From assembly GCA_002269645.1 (NCBI GenBank), contig NIVC01000652.1:248001-312000 (forward strand): a DNA stretch of 64,000 nucleotides, read 5' to 3'. Each line of letters starts with the position of its first letter. Within the stretch, counting starts at the first letter, position 1. Shown here piece after piece: positions 1 to 12,200 of the stretch. The DNA is from Macrostomum lignano (lineage: Eukaryota). Both the position numbers and the translations under genes were made by a program. The notes beneath the pieces were generated by a model, which was given only the letters and a program-made list of their open reading frames with translations, was not told where the DNA came from and did no database searches.

Positions 1-532
1 GCAAAGTTTTGTCAAAATACTGTAATAAGCGCGCATCATCCATACAGGAAAGAGCGCGCAACATTTTTTAAAAGTCGCTGTCCCTCTGCTTCGTGATTGT
101 GGACTGATGTCACACTCAGGCTTACCGTCTTGATGCTGCAATAGGCGACCAGGACAGTGTTTGTCGCAGCAGCGGAAACCGACTTTGCTTCTATCTCTGC
201 CACTATCTTTTCGATAGACGAATTCGTCCTTTACAAAAAGTTTTGAACCGCGACGGTTTCCTTCTATGCACTCCATAGCTGGAAGTAACACTGAATAATT
301 TGATCGCAGTGTAATCGGCTTTTAAACGCCGCAATTGAAAGTGTAAGTCATATCAGGCCCACAACCTGATTTGCACGCTCCATGCGCTGGGCACTGTACA
401 TTGCACCCCTCTCCCCTGCAGCCAATCAGAAGCCGCGAGAGCCAACTGTGGCCAGTCAGTCAGATATTGAGCCTAAAGGCCCATGCCCTTTGAAAATTTC
501 AGGCCCCTGCAGTCAGTCAGTTAAAAGCAGCT

Positions 533-745
533 GCGCGCTCATTCCGAAAGCGGGTAAAATTTTGGCGCGCTTGTTCCAAGTCATGGGAAAACTCGTGCGC
601 GCTTTTTCCTGTATCGATCAAAAATACTGCGCGCTTATTCCGGTCTGTGGAAAGTTGACTGCGCGCTTATTCAGGTTTTGGTCCGTTCTCCGAACGATGT
701 AAAATATGTGCGAAAATGCGCGCTTGTTCCTGGCGCGCTTAATCT
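533..745. repeat. Interspaced short repeat: GCGCGCTTRTTCC core at a 32-bp period
   Basis: Cores start at 533, 565, 597, 629, 661 (exact 32-bp spacing) plus 718 and 733. The roughly 19-bp spacers differ in sequence. Confidence 0.7.
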
Positions 746-834
746 AGCTACCCAGCCAGCTGAGCCCGGCTGCAAGGTGCGTAGGGTATGTGCCCACAGT
801 GTCGCTCAGCCCCTCTCAACAAGTCAGAACTCAC

Positions 835-1046
835 CGTCCCGCCGCCGGCGCCGTAGATGTCGGTGGCGGAGCCTTTCCTGGGTGCTGTACGCAGGTTGAA
901 AGTCGGACTGCTGCCCGTTTTGCACATCCTGCCGCTCCCACTGCCACCTCCGCTGACGAATCCAGCAAATGACCTCAGGTGCTGCTGCTGCTGGTTCTGC
1001 TGCTGCGGTTGCTGCTGTTGCTGTTGTTTTTGGTGATGGTCAGGTC
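835..1046 (-). CDS. Probable coding exon (PDHHQKQQQQ...GAGGGT), Gln/Gly-rich
   Basis: Acceptor tttcag|, donor ACG|gtgagt, 212 nt open, phase 1 to 0, compatible with the phase-1 end of exon 3919-3668. Confidence 0.55.
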
Positions 1047-1873
1047 CTGAAATCAGATCAAAGTGAATTGGCTGTGGTTTGACAATAAGATTGGTTTTGC
1101 ATAGTAACTAAAGGTTACTAAGGTCACGCTAGAATTCCGGATTCACGAATGAGATTGAAAGAATATTGAGGAATACAACATGTTGAAAATTCACTACAGT
1201 GAGTCTGCGCACACATTTTGTTTTGGCAAAGGCTGTCCATGACAAGGTGCTTTACTTATGGTTGACACAGATTTTGTGCCTCAAGGTCTATAAACTAATG
1301 TGTCGCCTCGAGCACGCTTTTGGCGAGCTCATCGGGGTGCCCACAGCTACATGTATGAGCAGTGCCGAAGGCGCCAGCATCTAGCTCGGATTCTGTTTCC
1401 GGTAGAAAAAATATTGACCCTCCACAAAGTCCATGCTGCTTGCAGCCACGCGACCGCCTGCGCCAGCGCAGTTTCCTGAAAAGCAATCTCCAAATTTGGA
1501 ATGCGTCTAAAGCAGCCCCTGAATTCAATGAGGCCAATGAAGTTGCGCTTCAGTCCACGAGTGCAAAGTCCTTTTCCCTTCTTCTCCGCCGCGTCATTGG
1601 CTGCTGGGTGGGCAGGGAGGCTGGGTGGTGGGGATGGATATCCCATGAGACGGGTTGGGGATCTGGGGGCACTGCTCCCTCCAAGATCTCCACGCTCTGG
1701 GCCCCGACTCTCCGCTATTAAGACGGCTTGACAGCCCCTCTAAGGCGCCACTTTTTCACTTTCAACTGGGCACGAGCTGCTAGAGCGATACGAGCGAACT
1801 CAAGAACAGGCAAAATCCCCCTGCGACTGCGTTGAGAAACATTGAGCACTGCTGAGAACCTGAATCGCCCGCA

Positions 1874-2338
1874 ATGCATTTGACTCTCGCTACGGCCGTG
1901 GCCACCATGGCACTGCTGCTCTCTGTCGCCGACGGAAGCAAGGCCAAGACGGAGGAGGTCGAGCACAAGAGGTTCGCTGCCCCGGGTCAGTACGACTGGA
2001 AGAAGAGGTTCGCCGCCCCGGGTCAGTACGACTGGAAGAAGAGGTTCGCTGCCCCGGGTCAGTACGATTGGAAGAAGAGGTTCGCCGCCCCGGGTCAGTA
2101 CGACTGGAAGAAGAGGTTCGCCGCCCCGGGTCAGTACGACTGGAAGAAGAGGTTCGCTGCCCCGGGTCAGTACGATTGGAAGAAGAGGTTCGCCGCCCCG
2201 GGTCAGTACGATTGGAAGAAGAGGTTCGCCGCCCCGGGTCAGTACGACTGGAAGAGGTTCGCCGCGCCAGGGCAATACGACTGGAAGAAGAGGTTCGCCG
2301 CGCCGGGTCAGTACGACTGGAAGCGGGACTCTGAGTAA
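1874..2338 (+). CDS. Secreted neuropeptide-type precursor (prepropeptide) with 10 copies of FAAPGQYDW
   Basis: 154-aa single-exon ORF. Hydrophobic signal peptide (MHLTLATAVATMALLLSVADG), short acidic spacer, 10 identical nonapeptides each bounded by KR/KKR convertase sites, then DSE-stop. Repeat copies differ only at synonymous sites (gct/gcc/gcg, gac/gat, cag/caa). Confidence 0.9.
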   Translation: MHLTLATAVATMALLLSVADGSKAKTEEVEHKRFAAPGQYDWKKRFAAPGQYDWKKRFAAPGQYDWKKRFAAPGQYDWKKRFAAPGQYDWKKRFAAPGQYDWKKRFAAPGQYDWKKRFAAPGQYDWKRFAAPGQYDWKKRFAAPGQYDWKRDSE

Positions 2339-3667
2339 GGCCAGCAGCCAAATCCTGAGCGGGGTCCTAACGAACCCAGCAAAAGCAGCGACCGTCACCT
2401 CAGTTGCGGCGGACCTGCAGCGCGTCAAAGCCCGACTGTCCATACTAACACTAACTATCTGATATATTTTCGAACATCGCTTTCAATGTTGAAATCTAAA
2501 TATTCTTACTCTCCAATTACTTCAGCTTGTTTCTAAGCACAATCTGGAAAACCGCTGGCTCCAAGTCCTTGCTGAGATTGTCCCTCTCCAGTATGCGAGC
2601 AAAATTGCAGCAAAATTACACGCATAGAGAGCTGATCACTCAAGTTTGCGCATGCATAACAATTTAGCCGATGTCTAGCTTTTTATTTGCCTTGAGACTT
2701 CGAAGTCCCGGCGCTCCGTTTATCCGGCAGTTAAATCTTCCTAATTGCCCCCGCTCTGCTGGTCCGAGCACAAATTGCTCAATCCGTCCGCAAAATTGCA
2801 GGGAGGCGAACAGCTTAATTCCCGGGGTCGCCCGGAATCCGAGCCAGCTCACTCCGGGGCAGGCAGGCGGGGCGAAGTTCGAATCGGCATGTCGCCAATT
2901 ACAGCTGGGGGTCGGAGCAGATTAAGTCTGACGGATCGAGGCCGAGGCCCCGGGGCCAAAAGGCACTGCGGCGGACGGCTCACAATGGATACAATCGGAC
3001 AGATAAGAGGCCAAATTGAGCAAGACTACGCGGTAAATTTTCGGGCCCGCCAGCTCGGCCCTCTCGAGCAGCAGCCGGATTAACCTGCGGATTACAGATT
3101 CGGAAGAAGAATCCGCCAGATTCTTTTTTGGCGGCGCGAGTGGTTCGGTGCCTCCAGAATCCCCACGGGGATCCCCACGGGCAAGGAATTTGATTTACGC
3201 ACAATGCCCGGCCCGTGCTGCCAGACGCATGAATCATAACCAGACTCGAGATGGGCTTTGAGCATGCGGGATGAAGGCGTGGGTAGCAGGTCGCTTGCAC
3301 GGATACTATCAACACACTGGATAAAGTACGCCACAAAACACATTGGATTGACATTCAGTGTTTGCTAGGTCAGCCTACAGGTTGGTTACAGCTGGGATCA
3401 GCTGGGGAGCACAGCGGGAAAATCCTCTGAGTGAGCGCGCATTGGCATAAGCGCGTACAAGCCGGCAGTGTTACTGACATCTATCGAGATGTTTGGCATG
3501 TCAGCAGCGCGTATAAATATTTCATCCTCTCAGCATTCCCCTTGTCCTGTATTGTGCTAGTAGTGCGCTTCCTTTCAAGGCCAAGTTGCCACCTGCAGCG
3601 CTATGAATCTATGATTGAAATGCGCGCTTATGCCAATCGAGCCACCCGATCTGCCCCTCTCCCCGAC

Positions 3668-3919
3668 CTCCTCCTCCGAGATGCTCCCAGGCGGCAGTCC
3701 GCATCCCCGCCGTGCCCTGACTGCGACGACGGGGCACCGAGGCAGCCTCCGGCCCCCCCGACTGCCCGGCAGCGGAGGAGGCGGCCGCCAGCTGCGAGCT
3801 GAGGCGGCGCACGGCCGCCGTGCCGCTGCAGTAGCGGTTGAGGGCGCGGGACAGGCGCGCTGAGTTCGAGCCCGAAGAGTCCAGCAGCTTGGCGATGGCC
3901 TCCATGCGGCCCGTGAGGT
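3668..3919 (-). CDS. Probable coding exon (DLTGRMEAIAKLLDSSG...), likely low-complexity tail of the SCYL2 gene
   Basis: GC-rich, acceptor cgcag| and donor GAG|gtcggg, 252 nt, phase 1 to 1, compatible with the phase-1 end of exon 9516-9293. Linkage to SCYL2 is inferred from phase and strand only. Confidence 0.5.
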
Positions 3920-4347
3920 CTGCGTGGCGTCGATTTTGCGAGGGGCGGCGAGTTTTGAGGCGCGGATAAAATCAGCTCACTGGCTAGAAAAATGAGCTTG
4001 AAGTTGAATCAGTAAAATCTCAATAAAAAGTTGAAACTTTTGGAACGGATTGCCTGTAGGCGGAGGCGGAAACATTTCTTAAGCCGACGGCTTTTTGAGC
4101 CACGAGCCCCGGGAGGCCGGCGGGCGGGCAATTCATCACGGCGGACGCTGCGGCCGAAAATCCCGCGCGCGGCTGCAGGCGGGAGAAATGCGGGCTCTGG
4201 GCAGCTCCGGATTTATGGCCGAGACGGGTGGATGGGGGCAGTTTATGCCCTTACTGCGGCTTTTTTAGACTGTTTATTTTATTGTTTGCTTTGTTTACCA
4301 TTTAAACTACGGCTGGAATGACTGGGGTAAATGGGATCATGGAAGAA

Positions 4348-4520
<173 letters not shown>

Positions 4521-6482
4521 GCGGCCCAGCCAACGCAGCCAACGGAGTATTTGAGGTCGTAAAATGTCGCTGGGCCCGTTCTCTATTTAAACAAAATATT
4601 TTTAAAATTTTCCCATTGAAAGAGTCGGGCTGAGCCGGCCCCAGTTCCATCTCCATCGCTTGGATGAGCTGCGCAGCGGGGCAGCCGTGAGCTGATGGAG
4701 CTGTGGAGGAGGCTGGGGGAGGCGGCTCAAACAGAAGCCGTGGTTAATCGCTTATTCCAGCTGTAGCCACTGCGGCTCAGAATTTCAGTGTTTGTCAGAC
4801 AGTTGAAATCTGCGTCGGTAAATCCCAGGGCTGCCAGGCCCGTCCAGCCTCAAATTAATTTGGCAAATTTGATGGAGCTGAATTGAGAAAAGCAGAGAGG
4901 CTCCCTTAAGCCCCTGCAACCCCCCCCAGATTCTCCACTTGCCCCATGGTCTGCAGGGACAGCAGGTTTTGGGGAGATTTTCCCCTCTGAATTCCGCCGC
5001 TTCGCTTTGCTCAGTTTTTGCCGGCATTCCGAAGATGCGCCGGCATATCGAGCCGGTGGTGAATAATTCAGCCGCTCCCAACTCAGGAGATGAGGCTGGT
5101 GACGCAGCGCAATGGGGTGGGGGTGGGAAGAGAACTGGCATAAACACGGGAAAGGTGAGCGAGGCTGAGGGGATGCATAAGAAAGCAATGAACCGTGGGA
5201 CTTTGCGAGGATTTGAGAGCTTTAAATTCTCATGTTTCCCGATTGTGAAGCTCCTGTCTGCTTACGAAGCTGACAATCATTTTATACGCGTTGCCATGGT
5301 TACGCCAGGACGATGGGCAATGTTCCGGCCGGGCGCTGGCCACAGCCGGAAGCTAGGATTTGGGAAACGCCGTAAGACATAAAAAGTGTGAAAATTCGAG
5401 CCTGGCAGATGCGGCTAAAAAGAAGACGAACGTCGGGAAGCTGGATAGATCCTCAGCCTGATAACTCGCTCAAGTCGGCAGGGAGGCAGGCAGGAAGGAA
5501 TTGAGGGGGAAAACGGAAAGCCACCCAGCATGCGCTGCCTCTCAGAGCTGCGCGTCCCTCCCACGTGTGTGGGAACGATGGGGAACGATGTCAAGCCTGA
5601 GGTGCAGGCTGAGGGGCTCCCAGCTGCGGAGTGGGAGGTGAGGCTTGCTCCATCTAAAAAGTCTGCAGTCTCCCGGCCAGGTAGGCTGAGACAGCGGCTG
5701 AGGAATTGCGAGAGACAATGGCCTGTCAGAGAAAAGAGATCTTTTTGAGATGAAGCGGAGAGGGAATGAGTGATGCAGCTGAATAATGAGGCTGACTGGG
5801 AGACGCCAGCTGGAGAGCTGAGCAGGCAGTCTGGAGTACCGGGCGCAGCCCCTCGGGCGATGGGGCGCCTGACTTGCGGATGACAGCGCGTCAATCGCAA
5901 GAGTTGATGAAGCTCAGAGAGGGGAACCAACGCGCTTCCAGATTCCCACTGGAGCTCAGAAAGGTGTAATTTAATTGGGAAAATATGGACCAGTGTGGAT
6001 CCTTGTGGATCTGCCTTCTCACCTTCCAACTGTTGATAGGAGGGTGTTGAGGAAAATTTCTGGAGCAGCCCCATAGCCCCATCAGCATCTCCGTGATGGC
6101 AGCTCCTTCATCACGCAATCAAGCTTTGTGTCTGAGAGAATTTCCTCTTGGCCGAGGCGGCACAACAAAAGCCATGGGTTGAGCTTCTCCTGTTCAACCA
6201 ATGCATTGCCTACTCAGCTCATCGGGTTGCTGAAGCCTGAGTGCGCCTCAGTACAGCTGATTGTACACCCTATTAGGCCTCAGTAAATCTTATTACACAC
6301 CTTTGTACACCTGACCACAAGTCAGTAGACCTCATTGTACAGACTTTTAGGCCTAATTTAGTCTTAGTACTCACGTCAGTACACCTCAGTGTACACCCTA
6401 GTAGACCTCATTAAATTCTAGCACAAACATCAGCACACCACAGCAACGCCCGGTTGGAATGCAGTACACACCTCAGTGAGGG

Positions 6483-6554
6483 GGGCCGTAGCCCAGCGGT
6501 AGCGCAGCTGCTCTGGTGTGCCAGCGACCCAGGCTCGATTCCAAGTGCAGTCAC
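6483..6554 (+). pseudogene. tRNA-derived degenerate sequence (tRNA pseudogene or SINE head)
   Basis: A-box-like TAGCCCAGCGGTAG and B-box-like GGCTCGATTCC at tRNA spacing. Acceptor, anticodon and T stems pair poorly. Confidence 0.4.
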
Positions 6555-9112
6555 ATTAATTTGGGGCTGAATTGGAATCTCGGCTTGGCTCTGCTCGTGC
6601 AATTAACGGCCTTGAGAGCCAACCCCCCAAGGCGCAGTAAAGTGTACATGCCCAACGATAATATAAAGTTAGGGCCGCTGTACACTCCTGTGTGAGTGTG
6701 TGCCTGCGTACGTATCCGCGCGCTTGTATGCCTGCTCAGGGGAGTCGGCGGAATGGGCAGTAATGCCTCTCGCAGGTTGTGTGCCCATGTCGCTTAAAGT
6801 GCGCCAGGGTGCACACAACCCCCTGCCTCTAATAAAAAACGCACCTCAGTAAAACCTGATTATACTTCAGTAAACCCTTAGAAAATGCATTGCAACCTGA
6901 ATCGGTCAATCAGAAATCTTTCTTTACCACCTTGGCAGGTTCCGAAGCCGGATTCGCAGCCTTAAGGACTTTTGGCGTCATTGAACGGATCCCCCCAATG
7001 GCGCACTGAAATGATGAAGCTGTCACTCCAGGCTCTGCCAGCCAGCTGCCAGTAAATGCAGGCCAGGCTCTGCAGGACCTGGCCGTCATAATTCTGCCCC
7101 ACCAAATCTGAGTCCAACTCGCCACTCAGCAGGAGGCTTAAGAGGATCGCCGACCCTGAGCTGCACTGGCGCTGTGTTTCAGGAAATTGGGGGATTCTGA
7201 AGGACTGAGCGAGTCCGGAGGCAGGTGTTAGGGGGGGGGGGAAGCTGTGCCACAAAAATCCCCAAAGCTGCAGGCCGTGGGTGTGAGATTTCATCTCGAA
7301 TTGGCCCGCGCGAGGATGCGGAGTCCCGCTGGTCCCCGCAGCCGCCCGCACCGAGCAAGGTGTGCTCGGAGTCGCTCCGGCTGAGGGATGGAGAGGGGAT
7401 TACTGCAGGTCTGGACTTGAGTGCTGCTGCCGAGTGGGCCAGCGGATCAGAAATCCCCCTGTGGATGGCAGGCAGGCAAGCAATTCTCCCCAGCTGAGCA
7501 GTTCCTCACGCCATCCCGCCGGGAATGCCGCCGCTCTGCTTCCAAGAAGGCGAGAAGAAATTGCATTCGAAATGACTTTTTAATCCGAGCCGGGCAGCCG
7601 CGTCTCGATCTCCGCCTCTCTCTGTTAGTGCGGCCAATTTTTTACATCGGATCAATTTCAATTTTCAGTTCCGTGCGGTCGATGCGAGCGGCTGCAGGTG
7701 AACAGGCGGTGAGGCGGGGCCCGGGCTTGCCGGCTCGGAATTCACCGAGCAGGGGGGGCAGCTTCTGTCAAATGAAAGTCTTGACTCCTGCAGACTGTCG
7801 GCGCGGCTCTCACTGTGCTGCACTTCCCCAGCCTTCAGCCCCGATGGGTCATAAAAGACTTTGCCAATGAAATGCTGCCAGGTTTGCAAATTGAATTACC
7901 CACACCGATGAATATCAGAGAGATGAGCCCAGAGGCTCCCATTGATGAGATTGGCCACCCTTTCTCCTTCCTCTCCTCATCCCCAGTGCTGCTTTCTCCC
8001 CTTTTTTTACAATCAGGTCAGCGGGATGAGCCAGAGGGACCTGGAACCGGCCTCTGCAGTGCCAGCTCGTCCTAAGGCACGATGCTTTTTACGAGTATAC
8101 ATGATGTTCATAATTTCTATGAAATATTTAATAAATTACGAATTGCTAATTACATGACTGACGATTAGGCAGACAGGGCCGATGTACATCCTGGGTGAGC
8201 TGTGTGTATCAGTGCGTGCCTGAGTACAGCATTCGCGCGCTTGTACGAGTCTTAAGGTTTTGTCCACAGCTTGAAACTGAGATAAAAAAGCTGGGAAAAG
8301 CCGGCACTCCAGCCTCCTAGCCCTGAATCTCCTTAGATAAGCTCGGAAACTGCAAGGCTGAGGGAGGCCGCTCCGCTGCTGAGGACCCGGCCGGTGGGGT
8401 GGGGGGGGGAGCGGCACCCTTTGAGAAGACTCAAAAGTTTTCTCAGCTGAGGCCAGCGGATGCTGACTAGAAAATTCAATCCCGGGCTGTAACCATGGCA
8501 ACCGAGGAAAAGACCAATGAAAACGGCTGGATTGTCTTTTTTAAAACTTCTCTTCCTAACGAAACAACGGGAGGCTAAAAGATAAAAAAAGCTTGAAAGC
8601 AAATCAAGACGGAGATCCGCTGGCTGCCGCTCTTTTGCGGCTCCGTCTTGCAGCCTCTTCTTTCTGAAAGTTTCATGAAGAAGCAATAATTGCCTGCCAA
8701 CAATGGGCCCGGGAGGGAATGCGTAGGCAGTGGCAGAAGCTTCACAAAAGAGCTGAAAGGCGAAAGAAAGACCCATGCAATAAAAACTGCTGCTGAGTGC
8801 TTTTGAGAGGCTGGCTGCATGAATGGGCGCTTGGAGAAATATAAAATGAACTTCCCCGAGATTCGGAGCTTTACTAACAGTAGCATTGCGTGGATTGGTT
8901 GTACATAACAGAAAAAATATGAAATTATAAAAACTATCGTCTAATTTTGCGAGGAAATTCTGCTCTAACGAAAACGATAATGAGGAAAATTGCCAGCAAG
9001 CATAAAATAAACAAGCAAGTAAAACAAATATTCTTTTTCAGAAGTTGCAAAAAGGAAAGAATAAAAAAGAAAGTTTGTGAGTGCCAGCTAAAAAAGAGAA
9101 CTTTAAAGACAT

Positions 9113-9149
9113 CAATCAATCAATCAGTCAGTCAGTCAGTGTCAGTCAC

Positions 9150-9189
<40 letters not shown>

Positions 9190-9205
9190 CCAATCAATCA
9201 ATCAA
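9113..9205. repeat. (TCAA)n/(TCAG)n microsatellite
   Basis: Direct reading. Confidence 0.9.
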
Positions 9206-9292
9206 TCCTGAGACTTCTGGCACAGTCTCCTACTTAATCCTGCAGAGGATTTGAGCACCCCAATGCAGCCGAGCACTTTAAGCAAATCTCAC

Positions 9293-12200
9293 CCGGGTTG
9301 GACCGGACACTCTTGGCCTCGCTAAGTTTGCCGCTGGCCGCCTCCGCCCGCTGCTGCTGCAGCTGCTGCTGCAGGCCCGAGGAGCTCCGGCGCCGCTGCT
9401 GCTGCTGCTGGTGCTGAACTGGCAGGTCGGCAGCCGACGCTGACGAGTGAAGGCTGGCCGCGTCCGCGTCGAAACTGGGCTTCTGCATCGTGATTAGCGG
9501 CGGCCGGATCAGGTTGCTGCCGGAGGCGGGCGGGGCGGGTTTCCAATGCTTCTCTTCTCGCATAGAAACAGAAAATGTTGTCTGGTCTCGTTACGCTACT
9601 GTTAGTAGAGCCAACGCATTTGCACGTTGAGTCTCACCCGAATTCGTCCGTGGAATCGGCGCCCTCGGCGTCCTCCAGGCGCATCTGGGCGGACCGGCCC
9701 GATTCCAGGCGGTTCCACATTTCGTTCAGCGTCTCCATGGCGACGCGAAAATCGTCCCGACGCAGATTGGGGTTCACCGTGTAGGGGATCAGATGGGGCA
9801 GAACCTTGGTGGCGATCAGGTTGTAGCTGAGTCCGAACCGCTTGTCAGACAGCATGCGCTTGTAGATGTCTGAGGCGTTTTGTGGTGCGACTCACGGATG
9901 ACTCCCTAAACCCTTCTCACTGCCACTCACTCTTGAATATAAAACAGATTTTCGCAGGAGGGCTGCGGGCACCCTGACACAACGCCTTCGGTGCGTCCTG
10001 CATCCAGCGGTGAGGCAATTCTGCCTACTCCGCTGACTCCTGAGTACGAGTACGTACCCACTCACTCTGCATCTGCGTATCCGCCTCTCTATCCGCCTCT
10101 CTATCCACCTCTCTACCCGCCTCTCTATCCGCCTCTCTGTCCGCCTCTCTATCCGCCTCTCTGTCCGCCTCTCTATCCGCCTCTCTGTCCGCCTCTCTAT
10201 CCGCCTCTCTATCCGCCTCTCTATCCGCCTCTCTATCCGCCTCTCTATCCGCCTCTGTCCGCCTCTCTATCCGCCTCTCTGTCCGCCTCTCTATCCGCCT
10301 CTCTATCCGCCTCTCTATCCGCCTCTCTATCCGCCACTCTATCCGCCTCTCTATCCGCCTCTCTATCCGCCTCTCTATCCGCCTCTCTGTCCACCTCTCT
10401 ATCCACCTCTCTGTCCGCCTCTCTATCCGCCTCTCTGTCCACCTCTCTATCCACCTCTCTGTCCGCCTCTCTATCCGCCTCTCTATCCGCCTCTCTATCC
10501 GCCTCTCTATCCGCCTCTCTGTCCGCCTCTCTATCCACCTCTCTGTCCGCCTCTCTATCCGCCTCTCTGTCCGCCTCTCTATCCGCCTCTCTATCCGCCT
10601 CTGTCCGCCTCTCTATCCGCCTCTCTGTCCGCCTCTCTATCCACCTCTCTATCCGCCTCTCTGTCCACCTTTCTGTCCGCCTCTCTATCCACCTCTCTAT
10701 CCGCCTCTGTCCGCCTCTCTATCCGCCTCTCTGTCCGCCTCTCTATCCGCCTCTCTATCCGCCTCTCTATCCGCCTCTCTGTCCGCCTCTCTATCCGCTT
10801 CTCTATCCGCCTCTCTATCCGCCTCTGTCCGCCTCTCTATCCGCCTCTCTGTCCGCCTCTCTATCTACCTCTCTATCCGCCTCTCTGTCCACCTCTCTGT
10901 CCACCTCTCTATCCACCTTTCTATCCGCCTCTCTGCCCGCCTCTCTATCCACCTCTCTATCCGCCTCTCTGTCCGCCTCTCTATCCGCTTCTCTATCCGC
11001 CTCTCTATCCGCCTCTCTGCCCGCCTCTCTATCCACCTCTCTATCCGCCTCTCTATCCGCCTTTCTATCGGCCTCTCTGTCCGCCTCTCTATCCTAAATC
11101 TCTTTGACCAAGTAAATGAGCTACTGTATTTCAACACTCTGCTAGTCCAGATCCCAACAGTCCCTGCACCCCAACTTACTCAGCACAGCCATGTAGATGT
11201 CTGGATCAGAAAACCCGATCTCGAGCAGAAAAGGCAGCAGATCCTCCAAGATGGCCATCTTGTCCAGCCGGTCCATCAGCCGCTCCAGGCAGGACAGCAC
11301 GCCTACCTTCATCTGCAAGGGGCGAGGGATTTGCTGCTGATTAATTGGTCAATGGTTGGTTACTGATTTTTTGGGTTCTGTTGCAATCGGGGATGCTGTT
11401 GCAGTGGGGGTGCTGTTGGAGTGGGGTGCTGTTGGAGTGGGGTGCTGTTGGAGTGGGGTGCTGTTGGAGTGGGGTGCTGTTGGAGTGGGGTGCTGTTGGA
11501 GTGGGGTGCTGTTGGAGTGGGGTGCTGTTGGAGTGGGGTGCTGTTGGAGTGGGGTGCTGTTGGAGTGGGGTGCTGTTGGAGTGGGGTGCTGTTGGAGTGG
11601 GGTGCTGTGTAGTGGGGTGGTGGTGTGCTGTGTAGTGGGGTGGTGGTGTGCTGTGTAGTGGGGTGGTGGTGTGCTGTGTAGTGGGGTGCTGTTGGAGTGG
11701 AGTGCTGTGTAGTGGGGTGCTGTTGGATTGTGATTGTTGAGGGAGCCGCACTTCCCACTCACCGCAATGCTTTTGTTCTTTTGAAACAGCGCCTTGGTTT
11801 TGGGTAGGATCAGCTTCCTCAATGTAGCGTCATCGATATGATCCTGCAGCACCACGAACGAACTGAGCGCAGCCTCCTGAGTTGCGGGATCGGGCAGGAA
11901 GTCAATGAGCTTCAAATTCGAAAGTCGTGACAATTTTAAGATCTCTCGCTTCGTTTGTGTCACGATTTTGCCGAAGCAAAACATCCAATGCAACCCAATG
12001 GTTTGATTTTTAGGGGAATGTTTTTATACCTTCTGAAAGGAATTTCTGCTCCAAGTACCATGAATTTGGCAGCAATTCAGTTCCGGGTCTTTGACAGCGA
12101 GCTGGGTTGGGTTTCAATTAGTATAAGTCAACTCCAGGCTTGCATCTCACACCTGTCTGACTTCTATTAACTCACCTGGCCGCTGGAAGAGTTCGAGTCC

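Noticed and set aside
1718-2443. 241-aa and 153-aa minus-strand ORFs over the peptide precursor
   Set aside because: Antisense shadows of the 36-bp coding repeat. Synonymous-only variation is seen in the + frame.
4785-8886. Assorted 70-220-aa ORFs between 4.8 and 8.9 kb
   Set aside because: No recognisable domains and no convincing phase-consistent splice chain. Additional SCYL2 tail exons here cannot be excluded.
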